Shown in pieces: positions 23,790 through 36,314 of a DNA stretch of 64,000 bases. Position 1 is the stretch's first letter. Every line of letters begins with the position of its first letter. This DNA is from Mytilus edulis. Taxonomy: Eukaryota. The notes under the pieces were generated by a model that was given only the letters and a program-made list of their open reading frames with translations, was not told the DNA's origin and made no database searches. The DNA is taken from positions 36,022,001 through 36,086,000 of the forward strand of contig NC_092346.1 in assembly GCF_963676685.1 (NCBI RefSeq), in the 5' to 3' direction. The translations under genes were made by a program, and so were the position numbers.

Positions 23790-26171
23790 TTAAGTCGCTT
23801 TCATCTTAATTGCCAGTATATCAGACTTAAAATGCTTGGTACCAAAAATGGAGTTTTTATTCTGTCCTTGAACAAATATATTCTGACCTGATGAAAAATC
23901 AAGAACTTCTATAACGTAAGGTTGAAATTCCAATCTTCTATTAAAAATCAAAGACCAAAATGCCGATGAAGGCCATTTTGGAACGATCAATGTTCCCTCA
24001 GCTCTACAGAGAATGAGATGTTTAATACTTTTAGCCACTAAACTTATCGGAGGAACCATCCAATTATTTTCCATTGTCCAATTTTGAGCAAAAGCGTCAA
24101 TAGCAGTGCTTCCTGGATTCCAAAATTTTGAGTTGAACCTTTTCAGTTTAGTATTATGAAAATTGGCAAATCTATCGATTGTGTAAGGACCCCAAATTTC
24201 ATTCATGAAAGTAAAAAACTGAAACGAGGTTTGCCAGTCATCAATATCAACCATTTTAGATATGAAGTCAGCTTTGAAATTTTCACACCGAGGTATCCAA
24301 GTAGGACACAACGTGATACCCGACCTTGTACATGTTCTAAAAATATCATAAGCTAAATGTTGTAAATGCAACTTTGTACTGCCTTTATTGATTATATTTA
24401 CACAATTTTGGTTGTCTGTATGCCATTTAACTATTTTACATTTCAGATCGTGTTCAAACGAATTCAACGATAACTGAATAGCCCTGAGTTCACGCCAAGT
24501 GGAACTCAATTTTTTCTCATTTTCATTCAACATACAATGAAAAATCTTTTCATTTGATTCAACAGTATATGCACCTAAAGCTACATTACTTGCATCTGAA
24601 TATATCATAATTCTCGGTAAAGAATCATTCAATAAACGCTTCTCATTAAGCTCCAACAAGTTTTCCTGCCAAAATTTCAATTCAGCTAATACACATTTTT
24701 CATATACTAAATATAGTTTTGAATCCCACGTTTTTCTGTTTTCTATCGCGAAATATATATGCCTCGTCATTAAATTTGTGACATTACCCATAACTGGTGA
24801 CATTGATATAATTCTTCCGGCAAATTGAGCCAGCATACGTGCGTTCAAATTTGAAAATGATTTTAGTATAATATCAAGAGAATTTTTAGTGTCTTTAATT
24901 CTGCGCTCTGGCACCTTTAAAGTAAAATCTTTAGAATCCCAAATCAATCCTAACCATTCTAAACACTGAACCGGTTCAAAAATTGATTTTTCTTCATTGA
25001 CAATAAATCCAGCCAGTTTAAGTGATGACTTTACAAATTCAGAAGTATCTTTACAATTTTTATAACCTTCATCCATGCCTAATCCATCGTCCAGATAAAG
25101 AACAATATTAACACCATTTTCTCGCCAATACTTTACCATTGGTCTCAAACATTTAGTGAATATATAGGGGGCGCTACTCAAACCAAAAGCTAATACAGAA
25201 AAGCAGTAAAACTTGTTATTCCAGGAAAAACCTAAATATGTTTGTTGTTCTTTACAGATGTCCAAATGAAAATATCCAGATTTTAAATCAAATTTAATTA
25301 GAAAATGATCTTTTTGGAAGAATTCCATTGCAATTTTCCAATCTTCAAATTTTACCTTGTTTTTCAAAACATAGAAATTCAATTCACTTAAATCTAAAAT
25401 CAAACGCTTTTTACCAGTCTTTTGTGTAGCAACACTGAGAGGATTAACGACGAATGGTTGAAATGGTACTTCTAGAATACAGCCATTGCTAATTAACTCA
25501 GTTATCGCTTCATTTACAAACAAACTATTTTTTAAAGCAGATTTATTATTCCGAAATTTCATTGGAGGGGGTTGTTTCATAAATGGAATTATATAACCCT
25601 TTTCAATGGTGTCCAACACAAATTTGTTGGCCCCAATGTGTTTCCAAAACTCTATATGTTTAAATAAGCTTGATTTTACTCCTTTGGCGATTTTTGAAAA
25701 ATCTATATTATCAAAATATTTAACATGTTGAAAGAGAACATTACTATGACCAAATAGCATTAAATTGTCAACAAAAGAAATATACTCATCTTGTATCTTT
25801 TCACTTTGACAAGTTTCCAAAGGTTGGTTTGTTTGTTGCTTTTGGGCAGTTCCTCTTGAAGTGGCCAGTTTGGTGACACTCGTAACAGGTGTCGTATGGG
25901 GTCGCCTCGCGGCGACGGAACCTCGGAAAGGGCTGCTGAGTAGCGTTGTAAGGCTGATAGTAACTGTTACTAGTATCAGTAGGGTTGGCAGGTCTAGAAA
26001 CGGTGGCGGACGGTTTTGAGTAAGGTTTTCCACGGGTTTTCTTTTCTTTGATTGTCTTGAGGGCCCTGCTTTCTGCTTGCCGTAAGCGTTTTTCATCTTC
26101 TGAATCTGATGCCAGGTCATCACTTTCGTATTCTCTGACTGTGGACCAGCCTGCTGGCGACTTGTCGGCAA
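23790..26171 (-). CDS. DIRS pol: reverse transcriptase, RNase H, N6-adenine methyltransferase-like domain
   Basis: RT motifs KKRLILDL, FDLKSGYFH, LAFGLSSAP and LYLDDGL. RNase H motifs YSDAS, RELRAI, HTDNQN and KADFISK. MT-like IDRFA...RFNS...MVPP...IVPKWPS. Start codon uncertain. Confidence 0.95.
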   Translation of the reverse strand: MPTSRQQAGPQSENTKVMTWHQIQKMKNAYGKQKAGPSRQSKKRKPVENLTQNRPPPFLDLPTLLILVTVTISLTTLLSSPFRGSVAARRPHTTPVTSVTKLATSRGTAQKQQTNQPLETCQSEKIQDEYISFVDNLMLFGHSNVLFQHVKYFDNIDFSKIAKGVKSSLFKHIEFWKHIGANKFVLDTIEKGYIIPFMKQPPPMKFRNNKSALKNSLFVNEAITELISNGCILEVPFQPFVVNPLSVATQKTGKKRLILDLSELNFYVLKNKVKFEDWKIAMEFFQKDHFLIKFDLKSGYFHLDICKEQQTYLGFSWNNKFYCFSVLAFGLSSAPYIFTKCLRPMVKYWRENGVNIVLYLDDGLGMDEGYKNCKDTSEFVKSSLKLAGFIVNEEKSIFEPVQCLEWLGLIWDSKDFTLKVPERRIKDTKNSLDIILKSFSNLNARMLAQFAGRIISMSPVMGNVTNLMTRHIYFAIENRKTWDSKLYLVYEKCVLAELKFWQENLLELNEKRLLNDSLPRIMIYSDASNVALGAYTVESNEKIFHCMLNENEKKLSSTWRELRAIQLSLNSFEHDLKCKIVKWHTDNQNCVNIINKGSTKLHLQHLAYDIFRTCTRSGITLCPTWIPRCENFKADFISKMVDIDDWQTSFQFFTFMNEIWGPYTIDRFANFHNTKLKRFNSKFWNPGSTAIDAFAQNWTMENNWMVPPISLVAKSIKHLILCRAEGTLIVPKWPSSAFWSLIFNRRLEFQPYVIEVLDFSSGQNIFVQGQNKNSIFGTKHFKSDILAIKMKAT

Positions 26172-26547
26172 TTCGAATTAATTTATTCCTCCTGTTGATT
26201 TTAAGAATAAGGCCCGATATCAAATTGGTGCTAACGGAATCTTCCGCGGATGTACGCTTCTGAAGTTTCTGCAATTCGGAAACTATATCTGAGTTGAAGG
26301 AGTATTGAATCTGATTCCCTTCCCCCTTAAGCTTAACAGACACCTCTTTCTTGAGCTTCTTAGCTAGGGAGTCGTTCCCGGAGACTAACTCGTTCTTCAG
26401 AGAAGAAATCTTACTATCAAAATAAGATGTAAAAAGTTCAAAAGTTTGATCACTTATCTGTGGTACAGAACTAGACTTGGCACCTGAATGTACTGGTGTC
26501 TCGTGCAAAAGCAAAGTGTCCTCGTCGTCTGAGTGGTTTTCGGTCAT
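25801..26547 (-). CDS. DIRS gag-like ORF1
   Basis: RNKLIRIADKSPAGWSTVREYESDDLASDSEDEKRL block typical of DIRS ORF1. CCHC knuckle CYECHQTGHFKRNC. Overlaps pol by 371 nt in another frame. Confidence 0.92.
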   Translation of the reverse strand: MTENHSDDEDTLLLHETPVHSGAKSSSVPQISDQTFELFTSYFDSKISSLKNELVSGNDSLAKKLKKEVSVKLKGEGNQIQYSFNSDIVSELQKLQKRTSAEDSVSTNLISGLILKINRRNKLIRIADKSPAGWSTVREYESDDLASDSEDEKRLRQAESRALKTIKEKKTRGKPYSKPSATVSRPANPTDTSNSYYQPYNATQQPFPRFRRREATPYDTCYECHQTGHFKRNCPKATNKPTFGNLSK

Positions 26548-26548
26548 T

Positions 26549-26824
26549 ATGTGTATAACGAAACGGAAGGTATGCTACTCTGTAAAGGCAGAACTTCGAA
26601 TAACTGGTTATAAAAATATCTTATATTTATAATGAGATTCTGCACGAGAATCACGATCCTACCCTCGTACAAACGGGTAGAAAACATGCATTGCGACATA
26701 CAATAGCCAATCAAATCATACAATAACAAACCAGGTATGCAACCATGTGCTCATCAACACGTGTTGAACATAAACATACACAAACAAGTCATGTGCTTCC
26801 GATACTATTAATAAATATATTTAT
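26549..26824 (-). repeat. Split direct repeat A1 (5' terminus)
   Basis: Matches 22093-22368. Confidence 0.95.
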
Positions 26825-28937
26825 TTATAAACGTATCATGTTATTTCAAATCATAATTTATCATTGTTTTGTTATTTTTTTGTTTTTGTTTATTTACACT
26901 CAATGAATGAGTGATGTAAACGTTGCTTCTTAAACAATAAAAGTTATGACACTTAACATTCTGTTTGTTTTTCGTTTACATTGATTGATTGATAAGCATG
27001 TGCTTAAATCCACCTGTAAATATTACACCTAAAGTGCTAATTTGCAATCACCTAATGTCGACGTGTCTGTCATGCAATCATCCTTTTGCTCCTTTGTTTG
27101 TGCAACAAATTTTATTTTCATTTTTTTGGAAAATACTTAATATTTCGTAAATAACAGTGATAAGTTGTTACATGGTAGCGTATATGTAAGAGCACTAATG
27201 CTTTCTTTAACTTTGTTAACTACTAGATATGAGGATATGTAATTCTGTCTTTTTGTCCTCTCTCTGTCAATTTTTGGTTTCCCAACTTTTACTCAAGTTT
27301 GGTTCCTATGAAACTCATACAAAATGCTAAGAACCATAACATGCAGAAATATGGACTTTAGGATGTGATTTTTTTGTCGTTCTAAGTGTTATGCTCCTCT
27401 TTAACTTGAAAAGTCCAAAGTTTGTGTCTTTGGACACATTTTTTTTTATTTACCTTTATTTCAGGATGACAATTTGAAGATGAATATTAATTGCTTTGAA
27501 CAAGTCTAGCTGAATCAAACTTTTTACCATGTAGCTTGCAAGAAATCACTTTGCAAGAAGCTTAAGATATGCAAGGTAAACATCATAAACTATTTACTTA
27601 GCAAGTAATGCCAAGAGCATTATTATTGGAAACTACTGCACCATAATGTGTCATATATTCGGCAGTGGGAGGTTTGGCATGCCACAAAACCAGGTTCAAC
27701 CAAACAAGTCGGGAAAATGGCCATTGTTATATTATAGTTCGTTTCTGTGTGTGTTTTATTTTAATGGGTTTGTTTTTGTTGTGTCGTAGTAGTTCTCTTA
27801 AATTTCACGAGTTTACCCCAGTTTTAGTTTGTAACCCAGATTTTGTTTTTCTCAATCGATTTATGAATTTCGAACAGCGCTATACTACTGTTGCCTTTAC
27901 TTGCATATATTCAATCCAGGTTGGCGAAACTGGTGTATTATGATGCTTCTTGTTGTTTTAGTTGACATAACAGAGCTTAGATCGTAGGTATTGGATGCCA
28001 TCTTCTTAATCAATCCTGATAAGATTTAAACTCATGTCACATCCGCCCCTGATAATGACACTACAGGGAAAAAAATCGTTTAATACAATTGTCAGGATAT
28101 TACATCATATGAACTTGTTGTTATCTTGTCTTTCATTTGAGTTAATCACAAACAATTATTGATAAACATGGAAATAATTTATTTGAGGATGAGAAAATCA
28201 ACACCAATTTGTACCGTTTAATTTATTTTTAGCTGTGAAAGATGCAATATTGATTAAATTTTAATTTTCTTTTGAGCAGTCTTGTACTGAAAATAATCCC
28301 TTCATAAGAATTGTTAGATGTTTTAAGGAATAAGTCGAAACTAGTCTAGCAGAAACTGCTTTTAATGAATTTGACATTTTGATAAAGTAATATTTAATGG
28401 AGAGTAATGTTTACGCTATAATTCTCAGATAGTTTGAAGTTATAGGAAGTATTGCAAACAGCAATTCATCGAAGGAAACTTATCTCCTTAAGCATTTTGT
28501 TTTTAATTCAAACTAAAATAAACTTGCAAGGAAATAAATGACGCGCATATGCATTTGTACTATGTTCATCGCAGTGTAGACATTTACCTGAATAAACATG
28601 GGACCTTAAATCCTGTTATTCCATTTACACAGCAAAGGAAGTTTTTCAATTAAATTGAGAATCGAAATAATGTGTCAAAGAGACAACAACCCAACCATAG
28701 AGCAGTCAACAACCGAAGGCCACCAATGGGTCTTCAATGCAGCGGGAAATTAATGTTTACATATAATGATAATATAGAATTCATAATATAAAAAAATAAA
28801 TATATATTTTCTCAAATTCTGCATACAGTGTAAAGTTTACTTAAAGTTTAGTGAATTTTTTATATATTACATGCCCATGATCACTTTTACTATAGATTAC
28901 GCCATATCTGTATATTTATCAGCAAAAACAGAACTTT

Positions 28938-30566
28938 ATTGTCGAGCCTTCGACTTAAGTCGAAAAAGCGAGACTAAGCGATCCTACTTTCCGTCGTCGG
29001 CGTCGTCGTCGGCGGCGTCCACAAATATTCACTCTGTGGTTAAAGTTTTTGAAATTTTAATAACTTTCTTAAACTACACTGGATTTCTACCAAACTTGGA
29101 CAGAAGCTTGTTTATGATCATAAGATAGTATCCAGAAGTAAATTTTGTAAAATAAATAATCCTTTTTTTCTGTATTTTACTTTTAAATGGACTTAGTTTT
29201 TCTGTGCGGAAACATTACGTTCACTCTGTGGTTAAAGTTTTTAAAATTTAAATAACTTTCTTAAACTATCCTGAGTTTGTACCAAACTTGGACAGAAGCT
29301 TGTTTATGATCATAAGATAGTATCCAGAAGTAAATTTTGTAAAAAAAATAATCCTTTTTTTCTGTATTTTACTTTTAAATGGACTTAGTTTTTCTGTGTG
29401 GAAACATTACGTTCACTCTGTGGTTAAAGTTTTTAAAATTTAAATAACTTTCTTAAACTATTCTGGGTTTGTACCAAACTTGGACAGAAGCTTAGTTATG
29501 ATCATAAGATAGTATCAGAAGTAACTTTTGTAAAAATAACTCCATTTTTTCCGTATTTTACTTATAAATGGACTTAGTTTTTCCTGCGGGGAAAGAGAAC
29601 ATTCACTCTGTGGTTAAAGTTTTAAGAATTTTAATAAATTTCTTAAACTATCCTTGGTTTGTACCAAATTTGGACAGACGCTTGTTTATGATCATAAGAT
29701 AGTATCCAGAAGTAAATTTTGTAAAAACAATAATCCTTTTTTTCTGTATTTTACTTTTAAATGGACTTAGTTTTTCTGTGCGGAAACATTACGTTCACTC
29801 TGTGGTTAAAGTTTTTAAAATTTTAATAACTTTCTTAAACTATCCTGGGTTTGTACCAAACTTGGACAGAAGCTTAGTTATGATCATAAGATAGTATCAG
29901 AAGTAACTTTTGTAAAAATAACTCCATTTTTTCCGTATTTTTCTTATAAATGGACTTAGTTTTTTCTGCGGGGAAAGAGAACATTCACTCTGTGGTTAAA
30001 GTTTTTAGAATTTTAATAAATTTCTTAAACTATCCTTGGTTTGTACCAAACTTGGACAGACGCTTGTTTATGATCATAAGATAGTATCCACAAGTAAATT
30101 TTTTAAAATAAATAATCCTTTTTTTCTGTATTTTACTTTTATATGGACTTAGTTTTTCTGTGCGGAAACATTACGTTTACTCTGTGGTTAAAGTTTTTAA
30201 AATTTAAATAACTTTCTTAAACTATCCTGGGTTTGTACCAAACTTGGACAGAAGCTTAGTTATGATCATAAGATAGTATCAGAAGTAACTTTTGTAAAAA
30301 TAACTCCATTTTTTCTGTATTTTACTTTTAAATGGACTTAAATTTTCTTTCAGTTAACATTACATACAGCCTGCAGCTAAAGTTTTCAAAACATTTATTA
30401 GATTCATTAACTATCCTAGATTTTTACCAAACTTGGACAGAAGCTTCTTACAATCAAAATATAGTATCAAGAGGAATATTTTTATTTTTTTTTTTCCTTA
30501 TTTTTGTTGAGCCTGCAATTTACAGCAAAAGTAGGCGAGACACTGGGTTCCGCGGAACCCTTACAA
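28938..30566 (+). mobile_element. Helentron-like non-autonomous element carrying ~7 tandem ~192-bp units
   Basis: 5' hairpin TTCGACTTAAGTCGAA, (CGT/CGG)n tract, units beginning TTCACTCTGTGGTTAAAG at ~29028, 29220, 29412, 29603, 29795, 29984 and 30176, inverted CCTACTTT/AAAGTAGG motif, terminal hairpin GGGTTCCGCGGAACCC. Confidence 0.8.
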
Positions 30567-31549
30567 TTTTTTTTTGCTTGACTGGCACAAGGTTTATATC
30601 AAATATATTTGGTCATCATCCACCTAAAATTCAACCGCTTCATATATGTCTCAGTTTTGACCGTGTTATGTGACTCACACGAGCGAGCCTTCCTTTGTTT
30701 CATCGGCAGATCTAAAGTCGGAAATTTGAAAATATTAAAAAAAACGAATTAATATACTTAATGTACTATAAGTATAAATAAATACACCAATAAGATTTTT
30801 TCCCCCTTTTTTCATAAATGTCAGTTCCCGATGACATCATTTGTTCTGCACATACCCGGAACTGACTAAAAGAATGACTTGAGTGGTTTAAAAAAAAGAA
30901 AGAGAACTGATACATTTAATATTTTTTTCCCAATCATTTCGAATAAAAAATATTCTAAAATTCGCCTTAAAATCACAAAAGAAGGAAATTCCGGAATATT
31001 GAAAGATAGCACATTTTGCATAGGTAAACATCTTGAACATTGTTTAAACTAAAATGTTGAAATTGAAAAATAATTCATATATTGTCGGTCTGCACAATGT
31101 ATTAATTATACATGTTTTTTTTAAAAGTTACTGCATCCAGTCTGCACCTTCTAAGTGGAGAAATTTTTGATATTTTTTAAGACCAGGGTGATTTATTACA
31201 AATAAACTAATTAAGTATTTATTTTTAATATTTTCATCTGACTGTTACTTTGAATGTTTTTTTTACCCAAATGAACTTATTTTTTGACCATAGAACAAAA
31301 TTAATGAATTCCTGCATTTTAGTTGCAAAGTATTGGAATTTTCATCAACCTGTCTTGTTCATTTGCAGGTGTGTCATGGCCACGTTATTCGTTTTACAAA
31401 TTCCCCAACGAAAAACAAGCATTACCCAAGGAAAATACATTCACCCTTACTTCTCATGTGCAACTAAAAATTCAATTTCTTATTGATAACATTTATCAAT
31501 ATACTACGTTTTAAAAATAGCTTCAAATCTTCAACGTGTCGTATGCAAC

Positions 31550-31557
31550 CCGGAAGT
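31550..31557 (+). promoter_or_regulatory. Candidate ETS-type site CCGGAAGT upstream of B-box gene 1
   Basis: Consensus match ~45 bp before the ATG, retained at 36264-36271 upstream of the pseudogene. Confidence 0.3.
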
Positions 31558-31600
31558 AGCCAAATCGATTGATAAGTATCCATATTGTTAAATCTCTTCT

Positions 31601-32701
31601 ATGGCGAAATCTGCATGGGCGGCGCAATCTCCAATGTCCTGTCAACTTTGCAACAAGGATGTTGCCATTAAATGGAAATGTACCGATTGTGAATTGTTGT
31701 TGTGTGATAACTGTAAAGTAAACGTCCATTCTCGATTCAAATCGTCGGAGAAACATAGAGTCGTGTCCATTTCAGACATTGGTAATGATTTATCAGATCA
31801 ACTTAAAAGCCTTCACATTTCAGAGGTAATATCCTCAGTTTTTAACACATACGAAACAGAACTGTCGTGCATACAAAAAATTATATGCAGTGATGATGAT
31901 GTTGTGTTTCTGTTATCGTCCAGTGATTTTCATAATTGCCATTTAATTAAGGCAAAATTACGAAAGAACTCCATAAAAGTATTAAATAAAATCGACATTG
32001 AGTGTCAGGATTTTGCAGTTAATCGCCAGAATGAGATACTATTTTCGCCAGTCCCAAGATCAGAGTTAAAAGGCATAGCACACACGGGCAATGTCAGAAC
32101 TATTTTAAAAGCTTATCCAATGATTATTTTAGGAATACATGTGTTCAAACACGATGAACTTTTACTAGGTTTAAGAGATCAGGGGCTTAAATTTCCTGTG
32201 ACAGATTTTTCTACAAGACAAATAGCTGTTCTAGGAGTGGACTATAAACGCAAAGCAACATTTGAATATGATGAAAGTGGAAGAAAGTTGTTCAATTATG
32301 CTTATCGTATTATAAGTGATTCGGAAAATAACCTCTATGTACTCGATTTGATAAACGACGTGGGCCATGGACGAATAGTCGGATTGGATATGCATGGACG
32401 AAAAAAGTTTGTATATAATGGATATTCGATTCTGAATACACCCGATACTCCATTTATACCTTGTGACATTGCGATTACACCGAACACTATTTTATTAATA
32501 ACAGATATTAATAATCACGCTATACACGCTATAAATGCAAACGGGGAATTGTGTGGCCTACAAAGTACAGAAAGTCTTGGAATACGTTTTCCATGTAGTT
32601 TATCATTTGATTCTGAAGGTTTTTTGTTGATTGGCAGCGAACCTGACGAGGAAGAAACGAATCAAAAAGCTAAGATACACGCCGTAAAAATAAGAATGTA
32701 G
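31601..32701 (+). CDS. B-box zinc finger + NHL-like beta-propeller protein (TRIM-like, no RING), 366 aa, single coding exon
   Basis: B-box CQLC-x9-CTDC-x4-CDNC-x3-H-x8-H. Propeller blades such as FIPCDIAITPNTILLITDINNHAIH and FPCSLSFDSEGFLLIG. Confidence 0.88.
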   Translation: MAKSAWAAQSPMSCQLCNKDVAIKWKCTDCELLLCDNCKVNVHSRFKSSEKHRVVSISDIGNDLSDQLKSLHISEVISSVFNTYETELSCIQKIICSDDDVVFLLSSSDFHNCHLIKAKLRKNSIKVLNKIDIECQDFAVNRQNEILFSPVPRSELKGIAHTGNVRTILKAYPMIILGIHVFKHDELLLGLRDQGLKFPVTDFSTRQIAVLGVDYKRKATFEYDESGRKLFNYAYRIISDSENNLYVLDLINDVGHGRIVGLDMHGRKKFVYNGYSILNTPDTPFIPCDIAITPNTILLITDINNHAIHAINANGELCGLQSTESLGIRFPCSLSFDSEGFLLIGSEPDEEETNQKAKIHAVKIRM

Positions 32702-34619
32702 AATTTCATGTTCATCCTGATTTACAAATTAATTAATCATATAATGCAACAGTCTTAAAATTAAACCCTAAAAATTACAACCTTTTTTGTCATTGAAAGG
32801 ATTTAAGACTATAATTGCATCTTTATTACTTATAAAGAACATAGTTTCAAAGCAACTAATTCACATTTTAAAAATGCATGCTGACGTCGGTGCTACAAAG
32901 GCAGTGATATACTTACCTTTAATTGGATTGCTCTTGGAACGACTATTTCCTTTTGTTATATCTAGCATTGTAGGGTGTGAAAACAAAACAGAGTAAGGTA
33001 CTGTCACGTTGTGGTTTTATGTTTGACAAAGGACACAGTAAAATGTGGCTCTTTTTGTAGTTTTAAGATGTTTCTGATATTTTTATATTTTTGTGTTTTG
33101 GTCCTTGTTCTTTTTTAACCATGTCGTTGTCAGTTTGTTTTCAACTTTTGCATTGGGAAGTCCCTTTCACCTTTCTTTTAAGGAACGTACAAATTATACT
33201 TTATTATAAAATCACTGATTTGAACAAGAAACTGAAATCATGGGTTTTGTTCAATTTTGAAGGCCGTTTGTTGATCTATTGGTGCTTATGTCTCCGGTAC
33301 TTGGGTCTCTGATGAAGATTTGTCTCATTAGCAATCATTCCACAGTTTCTTATTCTATATTGATGCTGAATTTGTCGTTGACAAGATATTTGTCTGTGTA
33401 ACTAATATCAGTGAAAAAAGAGAATCTAAATTTTAACCAGTATAGTCACATTCTTTATTGAGATATTTAGAATTGTAAAATACCAGTATTTCATGAGAAT
33501 TTTTTTTTGATAGACATAAATTGTGACTTAAATGGCTAATTACACCCCTCCCCCTTTTTATAAAAGAGGGAGAAACAATAAAATATCAGAAATCAGTAAG
33601 TTCATCTATTTGTTAACTGATAATTTTGAATGACTGTTGTGATAATGCATATCTAGTTAATATGATTTGTTTTACCATGCCATGACTTTCCCACCTAACA
33701 GTAAAAAGTAAAAAGTAAAAAAAAACAGAACTCTGAGGAAAATTCAAAACGGAAACACCCTAATTAAATGGCAAAATCAAATGATAAAACACATCAAACG
33801 AATGGACAACAACTGTCATATTCCTGATTTGGAACAGGCATTTTCAAATGTAGAAAAAAGCGGGATTGAACCTGGTTTTATACAGCTAAACATCTCACTT
33901 GTATGACAATCGCATCAAGTTCCATTATATTTACAGCGATGCGTGAACAAACAAGACATAATAGGTAAAATTGTCAATATATGGGTACAACAGTCATCAC
34001 CGTGTCAAAATCTCAATCAGGACAAACACAAACAAATATACAACAAAGAAGCCGACGCTGGTAAGGTTTTGTGCAATGTATTGATACACAACTTTGCTAG
34101 AACGATCGGACTTTAGACCTTTTAAGTCAATGTCATGTGTAGGGAGAGTCACACCCTTCATTGTACCACTTCCTTCAGGTGTCTGTATGTTGCTCATTGG
34201 CAGACAAAGTTTTAGCACTCTATAGCAATCTGTACTTTTGCAAGCTGCCGTTGAAAACCTCCCTTACTAAAGTCTGGCTCTTGGTAATTGAGTTGGTATT
34301 ACCTATGGTTGAAATAACAACTGCTATAATGAGAAATATCATGCAATTATCTGACATTTACATACCTCATCGTTCCCTATTGTTCGAGATTTAAATTTTT
34401 ATGCTTCTTATTTGCGTATTCTTTAAAAAAAAAAAATCTATCTCTGACCACCAATTTAGAGAAAAGTTGGATAAAAGAGTGGGAAAAGATCTTAAGAGGG
34501 TCCAGTAAGAGAAGGATTAGATAATTATTTGAGTCAATGTAGATTAGTTTTTGGTAGATATTTGTGTTCTTAATTGTTTGGTATGACGTATGTGATATGC
34601 AAATCTGCTGACATATAAA

Positions 34620-35290
34620 AAAAGAAGATGTGGTATGATTGCCAATGAGACAAATCTTCACAAGAGACCAAATGACACAGAAATTAACAACTATAGGTCA
34701 TATTACGGCCTTCAACAATCAGCAAAGACCATACCGTTTCGTCGCTATAAAAGGCCCCGAAACCACAAATTTAAAACAATTAAAACGAGAACACAACTAA
34801 AGGCATAATAAATGTACAAAAAATGAACGAAAAACAAATATGTTACACATCAACAAATGACAACCACGTACTGAATTAAATGCTCCTGACTTGGGACAGG
34901 CACATACATACGTAATGTGGCAGTGTTAAATTTGTCAGTGTGATCCTAACCCTTCTCCTAACCTGCGATAGTTGTGTTACAGTACAACATAAAAACGAAC
35001 TATAAAAATCTGTTGAAAAAGGCTTAGCTCATGAGATGGATACATAAAGAAATTCATCTAACAAAAACGTGGTCGGGTACTTCCAACAACAAAAAGACAA
35101 GTACAGATCTGACAGTACTCGCAGTTACTGACAGCTAGTTCAAAGCCAGTATCCACTAATAATAAAGAAAAATCATGAACCTACGATTAAATTACCAATC
35201 AGTACGCATCCATCATCCTATTGATTTAGTGTTAAGATGTTATAAACGTCAGAGAAAAACATGACTTTGTGCAAGGCCAAGATAATTGAC
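34620..35290 (-). mobile_element. Abundant retroposon-like dispersed repeat
   Basis: AAGAAGATGTGGTATGATTGCCAATGAGACA... with degraded copies at ~8290-8355 (reverse), ~12610, ~14940, ~41050, ~59790 and ~62590. Confidence 0.6.
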
Positions 35291-35350
35291 ATTTTTTGTT
35301 TGTATTATAATTTCTCTTCAATTAAGGAGAATAAAGATATTTTTATCATT

Positions 35351-35657
35351 TAAGGAATGACTGTAATATTTTTTCTGTCTATGAAGAAATAACATAGAAA
35401 AAAGGTGGTGCACACTGGATAATCCGCGTAGCAGGTTATTTTAAAGTGTACACCACATTTTTATGTTATTTCGAATAGACAGATGAAATATTAAAGTTAT
35501 TTCTTAAATTTAATTTAAATTCCATTTTAAACCGGAGTAAACCATAAAAAAAACATCGATGACGTCACGGTCACATGACTAAATTATGTCTATGAGCTGA
35601 TAAACAAAACGACGTCAGCCACTCAGAAGACTCGTTACATCAAAAATTAAAATTATT
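35351..35657 (-). mobile_element. Second copy of the palindrome-ended ~305-bp repeat
   Basis: Reverse complement of 14417-14722 with substitutions. Confidence 0.75.
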
Positions 35658-36314
35658 TTCGAATAAAACCTTACTTTAAATTAAAACGTTTGGTGGTGTT
35701 AACAACATGTCCCCACTCTAACTTAAGTTTGTGTCCCTCGATTTTTTTTTTATAGAGTTGAGGTTCGAGTAGAGATTCATTTATCGTCTTATAGTAATGC
35801 CCTTTTACTTGAAAAAGTTAAAAGTTTGGGAAGGGGATTCGTGTTCTCAGACTCTTTCTGTTTTGTTTGATACCTATATTTCAGGATGACAATCTGATTA
35901 TGAATATAAAATGCATTGAACAAGTCTAGCTGAATCAGACTTTTTATCATGCATGAAGCTTGTAAGAAACCCCACTACAACAAATATGTCAGCAACAAGC
36001 TACTAACCCAACGTTGGTTTAACAGTATTTACTAAGCAATAAAAAGAGCATTATTATTGGTAATTGATTCACCATAAGTTGTCATTAGTCAAAATTACAT
36101 TTATTTAAGCCTGGTGGGCGATACTGGTGCTTAATAAGAACTCTTGTTGTTTTAGTTGACATATCAGACCGTTAGAATTGGATATCATCACCTTAATCGA
36201 TGCCTTTAAGTTTTTAATGTATATGTCACATGTTTTAAAATTCTTCAACGTGTCATATGCAGTCCGGAAGTAGATTAATCAATGGATAGGTATCTATATT
36301 GTAAAATCTCTGCT

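Larger units (their letters stand above)
21723..26824 (-). mobile_element. Full-length DIRS-order tyrosine-recombinase retrotransposon, PAT-like (split direct repeats A1-gag-pol-YR-B1-A2-B2)
   Basis: Three uninterrupted ORFs (gag with CCHC, RT/RNase H/methyltransferase, YR). 276-bp A repeats and 104-bp B repeats in direct orientation. TTAT at both ends and at the A2/B1 junction. Confidence 0.95.

Noticed and set aside
26547-26729. ORFs in the A repeats (also 21986-22273), with a TAATG stop-start overlap onto gag
   Set aside because: Non-ATG start, lies in a terminal repeat and has no recognisable domain. The overlap may be chance.
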